This document shows, piece by piece, positions 18,629 to 28,139 of a stretch of 64,000 nucleotides of DNA (positions are counted from its first letter, which is position 1; each line of letters starts with the position of its first letter). The position numbers and the translations under genes are program-made. The DNA comes from Elusimicrobiota bacterium (lineage in GTDB: Bacteria > Elusimicrobiota > Elusimicrobia > UBA1565), in assembly GCA_043827405.1 (NCBI GenBank), contig JBDRPD010000083.1, forward strand, positions 141,166 through 205,165, in the 5' to 3' direction. Under the pieces are notes generated by a model. The model was not told the origin of the DNA and ran no database searches. It was given only the letters and a program-made list of their open reading frames with translations.

Positions 18629-21070
18629 GTGCTCCTCGTGCTGTTGGCCTGCCTTACCTTTTTCGCCTACTGGATCAAGGACTTCAGGCTCGACGCTTCC
18701 AGCGACTCGCTGGTTCTCGAGCACGACGACGATATCCGCTACTATCGCGAGATCAACGTCCGTTATGAGAGCGGCGATTCCGTCGTTATTACCTATGCGC
18801 CCGAGGCGGATCTTTTCTCCGATCAGTCGCTCGCCCGGCTGACGGCGCTGCGCGACGAGCTGCGCGCTTTCAAGAGCGTGAGCTCGGTCGTTACCCTCCT
18901 GGACGTTCCGCTGCTGAAGAATCCTCCGGGGCTGCTCAATGAGCTCAAGGATAATATTAAGACGCTCGAGTCGCCGGGCGCCGACCGGCGGCTCGCGATT
19001 GCTGAATTTCGCGACAGTCCGATCTACAGCAATATGCTCGTCAGCCCGGATCTGAAGACGACCGTGCTGCAGGTTAACTTTCAGTCCGACAACGACCACG
19101 AGAAGCTCCTGATCCGCCGCTCGGAGCTCCTCGAAAAGAAGTTGGCCGGGCCCCTGCCCGAGGCCGAGCGCGAAGAGCTGGCGCGCATCGAGTTGGAGCA
19201 CCGGCTGTTCAAGGACCAGCGGCGGGCGCAGCGCCATGAGGATATCGCCCGCATTCGCGGCGTTATCAAGCGCTACGGCGCCGACGCCCGGTTGTTCCTC
19301 GGCGGAGTGCCGATGATCGTCGACGATATACTGTCGTTTATCCGCAGCGACCTCAAGATTTTCGGAGCGGGGATGCTCGGCTTCCTGGTGCTGGCGCTAA
19401 GCGTCATCTTCCGCAAGCCGCGCTGGGTGTTTTTGCCGATGCTCTGCTGCGCCGCCTCGACCCTCTCGATGATGGGACTGCTGGGCCTGCTGCGCTGGGA
19501 CGTGACGGTCGTCTCCTCGAACTTCATCTCCCTGCAGCTCATCTTCACCATGTCTTTGGCGATCCATATCGTCGTGCGCTACCGGGAACTGCTTAAGATC
19601 AGCCCGGACGCCGCCAACCGCCGGCTGATCTCCGATGCCGTCGCGTCCACCTTCATTCCCTGTCTCTATGCGGTTCTGACGACGATCGCGGGCTTTACTT
19701 CTCTGGTCGTCTGCGACATCCTGCCCGTCGTCAATTTCGGCTGGATGATGACGCTGGGCCTGGTCGTTTCGCTGCTCGTCACGTTTCTGCTGCTGCCCGC
19801 CTGTCTGGTCCTGATGCCGAAGCATGCGGCCGCAACGGAAAAGGATTTCGGCCTCCCCCTGACGGCCTTCTTCGCCGGTTTAACGGAGAGATACGGGCGG
19901 GCGATACTCGTGGTGAGCGGCTGTGTGGCGGTGGCGGTCGTCGCCGGCATTATGCGGCTGGAAGTGGAAAACAGCTTCATCGATTATTTTAAGGAGTCGA
20001 CCGACATCTACCAAGGGATGCGGTTCATCGACCGGGAGCTCGGCGGAACGACGCCGCTCGACATCATGCTCGATTTCTCGAAGGAGGAGCCGGCTGAAAA
20101 GACGGCGCCGGCGGCGGGCGCTGAGGATGAGGACTTCGACGATTTCGGGGAGTTCGAGGAAGCGGAGAAGGACCCGTCGAAGTACTGGTATACGAAATCC
20201 AAGCTCCAACGCATCAGCGAAGTGCACGACTATCTCGACGGCTTGCCGGCGACCGGCAAAGTCCTGTCTTTGGCGACGCTGTGGAGGACGGCCGGCGAAC
20301 TTAATCAGGGGCGGGAGTTTGATAACTTTACGCTGGCCATCCTGTTCGGACAGATGCCGGATCAGTTCAAGGGCGCACTGGTGACCCCGTACGTCTCGCT
20401 CGAGAACAGCCAGGCGCGCCTGACCACGCGCATTAAGGACTCGATGAAAGATCTTCGCCGCGACGCCCTGATCAAGAAGATCAAGTCGGACCTCGTCAAT
20501 GTATACGGCCTTAAGGAGAGTGAGTTTCGCGTTACGGGCCTGATGGTGCTCTACAATAATATGCTGCAGAGCCTGTTCCGCTCCCAGATTCAGACCATCG
20601 GGCTAACGGTCCTGGCGCTGACGCTGATGTTCCTGGTCCTGTTCCGCTCGCTCAAGATCGCGCTCATCGCGATCTTCCCCAACCTGCTCGCCTCGATGAC
20701 GGTGCTGGGTGTTATGGGGCTCGCCGGGCTGCCCTTGGACGTGATGACGATCACGATCTCGGCCATCAGCGTCGGCATTGCCGTGGATAATACCATCCAC
20801 TACCTGCACCGCTTTCGGCGCGAGATCACTAAGGACTGGGACTACCTGCAAACCATGCACCGCTGCCACGCCAGCATCGGTCACGCCATGTACTATACGT
20901 CGCTGACGATTACGATCGGCTTCTCGATCCTGTCGATGTCCAATTTCATCCCGACGATCCTGTTCGGCCTGCTGACGGCGCTGGCGATGGTGATGGCGCT
21001 GGCCGCCTCGCTGAGCCTGCTGCCCCGGCTCCTGATCATCTTCCGGCCGTTCGGTACGGGCAAGAGCTGA
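18629..21070 (+). CDS. MMPL/RND-superfamily transporter (HpnN-like lipid exporter)
   Basis: Two 6-TM bundles each followed by a large periplasmic loop. RND/MMPL motifs (GVPMIVDDILSFIRSDL; GIAVDNTIHYLHRF). The true start may lie upstream, with an in-frame extension back to about 18584. Confidence 0.8.
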   Translation: MLLVLLACLTFFAYWIKDFRLDASSDSLVLEHDDDIRYYREINVRYESGDSVVITYAPEADLFSDQSLARLTALRDELRAFKSVSSVVTLLDVPLLKNPPGLLNELKDNIKTLESPGADRRLAIAEFRDSPIYSNMLVSPDLKTTVLQVNFQSDNDHEKLLIRRSELLEKKLAGPLPEAEREELARIELEHRLFKDQRRAQRHEDIARIRGVIKRYGADARLFLGGVPMIVDDILSFIRSDLKIFGAGMLGFLVLALSVIFRKPRWVFLPMLCCAASTLSMMGLLGLLRWDVTVVSSNFISLQLIFTMSLAIHIVVRYRELLKISPDAANRRLISDAVASTFIPCLYAVLTTIAGFTSLVVCDILPVVNFGWMMTLGLVVSLLVTFLLLPACLVLMPKHAAATEKDFGLPLTAFFAGLTERYGRAILVVSGCVAVAVVAGIMRLEVENSFIDYFKESTDIYQGMRFIDRELGGTTPLDIMLDFSKEEPAEKTAPAAGAEDEDFDDFGEFEEAEKDPSKYWYTKSKLQRISEVHDYLDGLPATGKVLSLATLWRTAGELNQGREFDNFTLAILFGQMPDQFKGALVTPYVSLENSQARLTTRIKDSMKDLRRDALIKKIKSDLVNVYGLKESEFRVTGLMVLYNNMLQSLFRSQIQTIGLTVLALTLMFLVLFRSLKIALIAIFPNLLASMTVLGVMGLAGLPLDVMTITISAISVGIAVDNTIHYLHRFRREITKDWDYLQTMHRCHASIGHAMYYTSLTITIGFSILSMSNFIPTILFGLLTALAMVMALAASLSLLPRLLIIFRPFGTGKS

Positions 21071-21074
21071 AGTT

Positions 21075-22463
21075 ATGCCGAAGCTGAAATCCATCTATAT
21101 CTGCCAGGAGTGCGGCCAGTCCACGACCAAGTGGGCGGGCCAGTGTCCGGCCTGCCGCGCCTGGAATACTTTGGTCGAGGAGGTCGTCGAAGAGCGGCCC
21201 GCCGCGGCGGTCAAGAGCGCGCCGCGGCCGCTGACGGACTTCACTTCCGAAACGGTCCCCCTGGCCGATGTCCAGGCGGCGGAGGCCGCGCGGACGCCGA
21301 CGCGCCTGAGCGAGCTGGACCGCCTGCTGGGCGGCGGGCTGGTGCCCGGACACGTGCTGCTTCTCGCCGGAGCCCCCGGGATCGGGAAATCCACTTTGAT
21401 GCTGCACGCCGCCGGCAGCCTGGCGGCCGCGGGCAAGGTCCTTTATGTCAGCGGCGAGGAGTCTCTCAGCCAGGTCAGCGGCCGCGCCAAGCGGCTGGGC
21501 CTGCGGGGCGAAGGCATCTACCTGCTGGCGGAGACCGATCTGGTGAAGATTTTGGACGCGATCCGCAAGCATGAGCCGCGCTTTATCGTTATCGATTCGG
21601 TGCAGACCGTCTATCATCCCGAGCTGGGGGGCGGCCCGGGCTCGGTCGGACAGGTGCGCGAGTGCGCCGCCGAGCTCCTGCGGGCGGTCAAGCAGCGGGA
21701 CGCGGCGCTGTTTCTGCTGGGGCATGTCACCAAGGAGGGCAGCGTCGCCGGGCCCAAGGTCCTTGAGCATATCGTCGACACGGTCCTGCAGTTCGACACC
21801 GAAAAGCATCATCAGCTGCGCGTGCTGCGGGCGCAGAAGAACCGCTTCGGACCGACCTCCGAGATCGGAATCTTCGAGATGCGCGAGGACGGGCTGCATG
21901 GGGTAACCGATGCCTCGGCCTTTTTTATTGAGGAACTCGACCGGGCCCCGGTACCCGGGCGCGCGATCTCGGTGGCGGTTGAGGGCTCCCGGCCGATGCT
22001 CGTCGAAGTACAGGCGCTGGTGTCGCCGACCCGCTATCCCTTGCCGCGGCGCATGGCGACCGGTATCGACGTCAACCGCGTGCTGGTGCTGGTAGCGGCG
22101 CTGGAGAAGCATCTGGCGGTGCGCTTTGAGAATCAGGATATCTTCGTGAACCTGGCCGGCGGGGTGCGGCTGCGCGATCCCGCGATTGATTTGGCGGTGT
22201 GCCTGGCGCTTGTTTCCTCGGCGCGCGAGGCCGCGCTGCCGTCGGATCAGGTCTATATCGGCGAGGTCGGCTTGCTGGGCGGCCTCGGCCGGGTCGCTTT
22301 TCTTACCGAGCGGCTGCAGGCGGCCGAGCGCGTCGGCTTTAAGAGCGCGGTCATCCCCAGCCGGTCGCGCAAGGACCTCGCCGGCGGCAAAAGAAAGCTG
22401 CGGCTCGTCCTGCAGGAAGCCGACGACATGGTCGCCGCTGTCGGCCGGGTACTAAAAATATGA
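21075..22463 (+). CDS. radA: DNA repair protein RadA/Sms
   Basis: N-terminal C4 zinc finger (CQECGQSTTKWAGQCPACRAW). Walker A GAPGIGKST, KNRFG motif, Lon-like C-terminal domain. Confidence 0.95.
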   Translation: MPKLKSIYICQECGQSTTKWAGQCPACRAWNTLVEEVVEERPAAAVKSAPRPLTDFTSETVPLADVQAAEAARTPTRLSELDRLLGGGLVPGHVLLLAGAPGIGKSTLMLHAAGSLAAAGKVLYVSGEESLSQVSGRAKRLGLRGEGIYLLAETDLVKILDAIRKHEPRFIVIDSVQTVYHPELGGGPGSVGQVRECAAELLRAVKQRDAALFLLGHVTKEGSVAGPKVLEHIVDTVLQFDTEKHHQLRVLRAQKNRFGPTSEIGIFEMREDGLHGVTDASAFFIEELDRAPVPGRAISVAVEGSRPMLVEVQALVSPTRYPLPRRMATGIDVNRVLVLVAALEKHLAVRFENQDIFVNLAGGVRLRDPAIDLAVCLALVSSAREAALPSDQVYIGEVGLLGGLGRVAFLTERLQAAERVGFKSAVIPSRSRKDLAGGKRKLRLVLQEADDMVAAVGRVLKI

Positions 22464-22473
22464 GGGAGTCATT

Positions 22474-23472
22474 ATGATTACATGGCTGTATCGAGTAATG
22501 GTTTTGGTCGGCTGTCCCGCTCTCGTCTACTTTCAGATCGCCAAAGACCCGCGGGCGGTGCTTATCGGGCTCGGCGTCGGCGTCGTCCTCGTGGTGTTTG
22601 AGCTGCTGCTTGAGAAGATCAGTCTTATTACCTTGGTTTCCGGCGTTCTCGGCGCGAGCGCGGGGCTCATTATGGCGAAGCTCGCCGACTATACGGCCTT
22701 CCAGGTCGGCGACGAGGCCTTTTATCATGCCTGGGGCAAGTATTCCGCGCTGCGCTACTTCGCCTTCGGCATCCTCGGCATGTTCGTGACCATCCGCAAG
22801 ATCCTGCCTGAGATCGATACCCTGGACAAGGATATTCTGGCGATTTCCAAGCGCCGGGGATCCAATATGAAGGTCCTCGATACCAGCGCCATTATCGACG
22901 GCCGGGTCGTGGATATCTGCGAGACCCATTTTATCGGCGGCTCGCTGATCGTTCCGCGCTTTGTCCTTAACGCGCTGCAGCACATGGCGGACTCCGGCGA
23001 CAGCATGAAGCGCGCGCGCGGCCGGCGCGGACTCGACATCCTGGCGCGCCTGCAGGAGAACCCGGAAATCCCGCTCAAGATCATCGACAAGGACGTCCCC
23101 GAGATCGAGGACACGGACGCCAAGGTCGTGCGGCTGGCCAAGCAGCTCGGCGGCAAGGTTTTTACGACGGACTTCAATCTCAATAAGATCGCGTCTCTGG
23201 AGGGCGTGCAGGTCCTCAACGTCAACGACCTGACCAACGCGCTCAAGCCGGTGGTGCTGCCGGGCGAGAAGATGTCGCTGTTTGTCATGAAAGAGGGCAA
23301 GGAGCGCAGCCAGGGGGTCGGCTATCTCGACGACGGAACCATGGTGGTCGTCGAAGACGGCAAGTCGTATATCGGCGAACGCATCGATCTTGTGGTTACT
23401 TCCATCCTGCAGACTTCGCAGGGCCGGATGATATTCGGCAAGTTCCAGGAGCCCGAACAGGAGCCGGCCTAG
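22474..23472 (+). CDS. PIN/TRAM-domain membrane protein (YacL family)
   Basis: Four N-terminal TM helices. PIN domain (VLDTSAIIDGRV...TTDFNLNK). C-terminal TRAM-like beta domain. Typical radA-neighbour position. Confidence 0.75.
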   Translation: MITWLYRVMVLVGCPALVYFQIAKDPRAVLIGLGVGVVLVVFELLLEKISLITLVSGVLGASAGLIMAKLADYTAFQVGDEAFYHAWGKYSALRYFAFGILGMFVTIRKILPEIDTLDKDILAISKRRGSNMKVLDTSAIIDGRVVDICETHFIGGSLIVPRFVLNALQHMADSGDSMKRARGRRGLDILARLQENPEIPLKIIDKDVPEIEDTDAKVVRLAKQLGGKVFTTDFNLNKIASLEGVQVLNVNDLTNALKPVVLPGEKMSLFVMKEGKERSQGVGYLDDGTMVVVEDGKSYIGERIDLVVTSILQTSQGRMIFGKFQEPEQEPA

Positions 23473-25541
23473 CGGTCTTCTTCTTCCGCCGGCAGGTCCG
23501 CCAGCGAGTCGGGGAGCTGCTCCAGCATCCGCAGGAAGTCCTTGACGTCGGGCATCCGCGTCCGGTGGTCGAGGTCGAGCGCGCGCTCAAGCAGCACGGT
23601 CAGGCGCGGGTCCGGCTCGCGTCCGCCGATATGCGGGAGTTCGCCGGTCAGCATCTCGTAGCAGCATAAGCCCAGCGAATAGATGTCCGAGATCGGCGTC
23701 GTCTCTCCGCGCTTAGCCTCGGGCGCCGCGTAGCGTTCGGCGCCTTCCCCGGTGGTGCGCGCCAGCACGAAATCCGAGACCTTGATATAGCCCTTATTGG
23801 TCACGATGATGCGCTCGGGGCTCAAGCCCCCGTGCGCTATGCCGTGATGGTGCGCATGCTCCAGGGCGCGGCAGACGGGGATCAGGATGTCGCGCACCTG
23901 GCCGACCGGGAATTCGCCGACCTCTTCCAGGATGCTGTGAACGCTCTTGCCCGGGGTGTAGCCGTAGACGATATAGAGTCCGGAGGCGATATCGAGAATC
24001 TCGTAGAGGTCGACGATATTGGGATGGCGCAGCTTGGCCGCCGCGCGCGCCTCGTCGAGGCGGCGGGCGCGCTCTTCGGCGGGCTGGGCCTTGCTGCCGG
24101 CGTAGAGCCGCTTGATGAGGGCGGCGCGGCCCAGCGTCTGGTCCTGCGCCTTCCATATTTCGACGGTTCCGTCGTAGCCCATGAAGCGGATTAGATCGTA
24201 CTTCTCGGCGATCGTCATATTGCGCCGCAGCTTCAGCGGCGGCAGCGGGGTGCGTGAGATTATTGTTGTTTTCGTTTCTGTCTTCTGCTTCGGGGCGACG
24301 TTTTCCGTCCAGGAGCGGAGGCGCTTGGCGACGGTTCCGAAGGCGTCCAGCTTCGTCTGCTTCGGGTCTTTACGGCGGCGCGTCAGCATCACGATCGCCG
24401 CCATGAGAGCGACTCCGAGCAGCGCCCCTAGTATCATGAAAAGCGCGTTGGTGCCCGAGCCGCCCTGCGCTGTCGCCGCCGCCGGCGCCTCCTCGTCGCG
24501 CAGCAGCTTCCAGCTGCTGCCTTCGGCATCGAACAGGTCGCGGCTGTCGGCGTATTTTAGGTAGCGCAAAAAGCGAGCCGGGTCCAGCTTGGCGGCGATG
24601 CGCAGGTTCTGCATCCGCAGCTCTTTGTCTCCGCTCTGCTCATGCGCCAGCGCCAGCAGGAAGAAGGCGTCCGCGTTATGCGGTGCCAACGCGGTCGCAT
24701 AAGTTGCGCTTTCCACCGCTTCGGCGAAGCGTTTCTGCTCCAGCAGGCTTTGCGTCAGGATGATGACCGCTTTGATGTCGCCGGTGCCGCCGACCATGGC
24801 GGAGCGCGCCGCGGCCTCGGCCTCGGGGAGGCGGTTGCCGCGCAGCAGCTTCTCCGCCTGACGCAGCGGGGCGCCGCGCACGGCGTTGGTCGCCGCAGCG
24901 CGGGGCAAATCCTTTTCTGTCGCCGGGCGGGGCGGGGGTTCGGCGAATTTCTTAAACGCCGGCCAATCCGACACGGAGGAGGTCGCCGGTATGCTCGCCG
25001 GCGATGCGTCCCCGGCGCTTTTCGGGCTCTTGCGCGCGGGTTCGCGCCGCGTCGCGCGCGCGCCCGCGTCCTGATTATTATCCTGGTCGCCGCCGGATTT
25101 TCTGAACTTCCAGTGATCCCGAGTGCTTATGTCGGGCCGCGGGTCGCGCTTGAGGCTCTGCGCCGGGGGCTTGACGTCGAGGTTGTTGTAGCCCGCGGGG
25201 CGGGTATAGGATACGTCGCCCGCGGGCTTCTGCTCTACGATCGGCTTTTGCGCGTTGAGGTTCTGCAGCATGAGGTCGATCTGTTCGCGCTGTTCGGGGG
25301 GGAGAGATTCATTGGCGGAGATCTTCTTCAGGGTATCGATCTGCCGCATCAGCAGTACCGCGTCGTCCATCTGCTTTTGGCCGTCCTGCATGGAATATTC
25401 GTAGTCCTTGTCCTTGCGCTTGCCGGATTTCTGCTTATCGCCGGACGCTTTCTGCGGCGGCGGGTCGGCGTTCTGCGGCGCGGCGGCGATCAGCAGCGAC
25501 GCGGCGAGAAGGCCGGCGGAGCAGCGGAGGAAGCTCCTCAT
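23469..25541 (-). CDS. Signal peptide + TPR repeats + TM helix + C-terminal Ser/Thr-kinase-like domain with a degenerate catalytic loop (predicted pseudokinase)
   Basis: Kinase subdomains are recognisable (AALIK; E in alpha-C; DFV for DFG; AAPE; DIYSLG). The HRDLKPEN motif is replaced by IAHGGLSPER, so the catalytic Asp, Lys and Asn are lost. TPR-like helices in the N-terminal periplasmic half. TM ALFMILGALLGVALMAAIVML. Confidence 0.75.
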   Translation of the reverse strand: MRSFLRCSAGLLAASLLIAAAPQNADPPPQKASGDKQKSGKRKDKDYEYSMQDGQKQMDDAVLLMRQIDTLKKISANESLPPEQREQIDLMLQNLNAQKPIVEQKPAGDVSYTRPAGYNNLDVKPPAQSLKRDPRPDISTRDHWKFRKSGGDQDNNQDAGARATRREPARKSPKSAGDASPASIPATSSVSDWPAFKKFAEPPPRPATEKDLPRAAATNAVRGAPLRQAEKLLRGNRLPEAEAAARSAMVGGTGDIKAVIILTQSLLEQKRFAEAVESATYATALAPHNADAFFLLALAHEQSGDKELRMQNLRIAAKLDPARFLRYLKYADSRDLFDAEGSSWKLLRDEEAPAAATAQGGSGTNALFMILGALLGVALMAAIVMLTRRRKDPKQTKLDAFGTVAKRLRSWTENVAPKQKTETKTTIISRTPLPPLKLRRNMTIAEKYDLIRFMGYDGTVEIWKAQDQTLGRAALIKRLYAGSKAQPAEERARRLDEARAAAKLRHPNIVDLYEILDIASGLYIVYGYTPGKSVHSILEEVGEFPVGQVRDILIPVCRALEHAHHHGIAHGGLSPERIIVTNKGYIKVSDFVLARTTGEGAERYAAPEAKRGETTPISDIYSLGLCCYEMLTGELPHIGGREPDPRLTVLLERALDLDHRTRMPDVKDFLRMLEQLPDSLADLPAEEEDR

Positions 25542-26938
25542 TTCTTTTTGTGGTAAAAGTCCTTTCCGGGCTGGATCTTAAGCATCATGCCCGGGCGCAG
25601 GAGGCGCGGGTTATGGATATTGTTCTGCTGCATGATATTTTTGACCGTGGTCCGGTAGCTGCGGGCGATTTTTCCGAGGTAGTCTCCGCGGCGGACCTTG
25701 TAGCGGACGAGCTCCGGCCCGGGGTTCCAATCCTTCACTGCGGCAAGTTTTTTCAGGAACTCCTCCTTGACGCCCTGCGGGATGCGCAGCGGAAAGCCGG
25801 GGCGGTTGCGGGGCGTGCACCAGGCGCGGATATGCGGATTGAGCCGCTGGATCACTTCCTTGGTTGTCCCGGCGCACTTGGCCGCGATGCCGAGATCGAG
25901 GTCGCGGTCGAGCTCCACGATGTCGTAGGGTTCGGGTTCCTCGTAGTTGGGCTTGATGCCGTAGTTTTCCGGAGCTTCGCCGATGAGCACGCAGGCCATG
26001 AATTTCGGCACATAGTTGTGCGTCTCCTGCGGCAGGACCTTGCGGTCCGCCAGCTTGCCGAAGTCGGCCGAGTTGGAAAACTTAAGATCGCGGCCGATGC
26101 CGTTGAGCCCCCGGTTGTAGGCGGCCAGCGCCAGGTGCCAGTCCTTGAACCACTGGTGCAGGTCGCTCAGATGACGGATCGCGGCCTTGGTCGCCTTCTC
26201 CGGGTCGAACCGTTCGTCGACCCAGTACGAAACCTCCAGGCCGTAGGCGCGCGCGGTGAAGGGCATGAACTGCCATAAGCCCGCGGCCCCGGAGCGGGAG
26301 ACCGCGTTGCGCTTGTATTCGCTCTCGGTCATGACGAGGTAGAAGAGCTCGCGCGGCAGGCCCGCTTGGCGCAGCTCGGACTCGATGAAAGCGCGGTAGC
26401 GTCCGGAGCGTTCCAGCGCTTCACGGACGGAATCGGGCCGCTTTTCAGTGTAGAGCTGGATAAACTTCTTGGTGATCTCGTTTTCCGGATCGATCTCGAT
26501 GGTATGCTGCTGGGAGGAAATGGGAGCGGCCGGCGCGGGCGGGGTCTCCTCGAGCACTTCAGCGGAAACCTGCAGGTCGGAGGGGTACTCGGTCTGTGTT
26601 TCGCCCGCCTCCCAGGTCCGGACCTTCTCGAGCATGCTCAGAAAATCGGCCTTAAGCTCGATCGTCAGCTGGTCCTCCTCCAGCGAGGAGGTCAGCAGGG
26701 CAAAGGCTTTCTTGACGGCCGCCCGCGCCTGGCGGACCTTGCCTTCCTGAAAGAGCTTGATCCCCTGTTCGTATTGGCTCTCCGCCACCCGCAGCTGTTC
26801 GAGGAGCAGCGCGTCCGGATCGGCGTTCTCTTCCTGTCGGTCGGAGGCGTAGACGGGCGCCTCGGGCGGCGAGGTGTCGGGCGGCAATGCCCGCGCCGCG
26901 GGAACGAGCAGCAGCAGCAGCGCGGCGAACGGTTTCAC
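25538..26938 (-). CDS. MltD-like membrane-bound lytic murein transglycosylase (SLT domain + C-terminal LysM)
   Basis: SLT motif ESEYKRNAVSRSGAAGLWQFMPFTA. C-terminal LysM YKVRRGDYLGKIARSYRTTVKNIMQQN. Confidence 0.85.
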   Translation of the reverse strand: MKPFAALLLLLVPAARALPPDTSPPEAPVYASDRQEENADPDALLLEQLRVAESQYEQGIKLFQEGKVRQARAAVKKAFALLTSSLEEDQLTIELKADFLSMLEKVRTWEAGETQTEYPSDLQVSAEVLEETPPAPAAPISSQQHTIEIDPENEITKKFIQLYTEKRPDSVREALERSGRYRAFIESELRQAGLPRELFYLVMTESEYKRNAVSRSGAAGLWQFMPFTARAYGLEVSYWVDERFDPEKATKAAIRHLSDLHQWFKDWHLALAAYNRGLNGIGRDLKFSNSADFGKLADRKVLPQETHNYVPKFMACVLIGEAPENYGIKPNYEEPEPYDIVELDRDLDLGIAAKCAGTTKEVIQRLNPHIRAWCTPRNRPGFPLRIPQGVKEEFLKKLAAVKDWNPGPELVRYKVRRGDYLGKIARSYRTTVKNIMQQNNIHNPRLLRPGMMLKIQPGKDFYHKKK

Positions 26939-28078
26939 CTAGGCCAGCTTCTTGCCGCAGCCGCCGCAGAACTTCACGGTCGGTCCCGCTTGCGCGCCGC
27001 ACTTCGGGCAGGCGATCGAGCCGAGTCCCTTGCCGCAGTTCTGGCAGAACTTGGCGCCGGCGGCGACGTCGGCCTTGCAGCCGGGGCATTTGGCTGTCGG
27101 CGCGACGACCGGCTTGCCGCATTCGGGGCAGAATTTCGCGGTGGCCGGCACCTGGGCGTTGCACTGGTCGTTGGTGCAGGAAGCCGTCTGCTGCGGCTGC
27201 GTCGAGGCGGCCGAGCCCATGACGCCCGCCATCATCCCGCCCATGCCGGCGCCGGCGCCCAGGCCCATGCCCAGGCCCATGCCGCCGCCCATCATGCCGC
27301 CGCCCTCGTTTTTGGCCGCGCCCTCCATGGTGTCGAAGGTGCGCTTCATGCGGTAGTTCTGGCCGCCGAGGATGTCGATTTCGGCCCGCTCGGAAAGGGC
27401 TTTCTTCAGGCGCTTGACGGTATCGTCGTCGTCCGGGACGTTGACCGACTGCAGCATGAAGTTGACCAGCTGGATGCCGAAGTTCGCGAAATCCTTGCCG
27501 ATCTTCTTATGCAGATCTTCGGAGAGGTCCTCGAGGTAAGCGCTGATTTCGAGCAGGTTGATCTTCTTGCGGATGATCGTCTCCGCGATGTAGTCCTTGG
27601 CCTTGGTCAGGATGATGCCGCGGAAGTAGTCGGTCAGGGCGTTGACCGTGAACTCGTTCTGCGTACCCGCCAGCTGGACCACGAACTTGCGCGCGTCCGT
27701 GACGCGCACGCCGAACTGCCCGAAAGCGCGTATCGGCAGGAAGATGTTGTACTTTGGGTCCAGGATCGGGATCGGGGATTTTGTACCCCACTTCACATCG
27801 AGCTTGGTGGCCTTGTTGATGAAGTATATCTCGGCCGCGAACGGAGTCTCGCCGCCGAACGGGGCCTTGATCAGGCGCCGGAGGAGCGGAATGTTCAGGG
27901 TGCGCAGAGTATGCGTCCCGGGGCCGAGCAGATCAAGCGCCTGGCCGCCCTTGAAGAACAGGGCCTCCTGGGATTGGTTGACGATGACCTGCGTGCCCCA
28001 GGTCAGGTCGTCCGGAGGATGCCGCCAAACCAAGATGTCCGCCGGGCCGTCAAATTTTACTCTGTCGATTATCGCCAT
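26939..28078 (-). CDS. SPFH/band-7 superfamily protein of the COG4260 (virion-core-like) type with four C-terminal zinc-ribbon motifs
   Basis: N-terminal MAIIDRVKFDG...WGTQVIVNQSQEALFFKGG pattern typical of COG4260 SPFH proteins. C-terminal CxxC pairs (CTNDQC...CPECG, CPGCK...CQNCG, CPKCG...CGGCG). GGAGGG RBS before the ATG at 28078. Confidence 0.75.
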   Translation of the reverse strand: MAIIDRVKFDGPADILVWRHPPDDLTWGTQVIVNQSQEALFFKGGQALDLLGPGTHTLRTLNIPLLRRLIKAPFGGETPFAAEIYFINKATKLDVKWGTKSPIPILDPKYNIFLPIRAFGQFGVRVTDARKFVVQLAGTQNEFTVNALTDYFRGIILTKAKDYIAETIIRKKINLLEISAYLEDLSEDLHKKIGKDFANFGIQLVNFMLQSVNVPDDDDTVKRLKKALSERAEIDILGGQNYRMKRTFDTMEGAAKNEGGGMMGGGMGLGMGLGAGAGMGGMMAGVMGSAASTQPQQTASCTNDQCNAQVPATAKFCPECGKPVVAPTAKCPGCKADVAAGAKFCQNCGKGLGSIACPKCGAQAGPTVKFCGGCGKKLA

Positions 28079-28139
28079 ATTCCCTCCGCAGAAAAGCAAA
28101 GTTAGCTTAAGACTCCGTCCGACGGTTGTCAAGCCCTCA

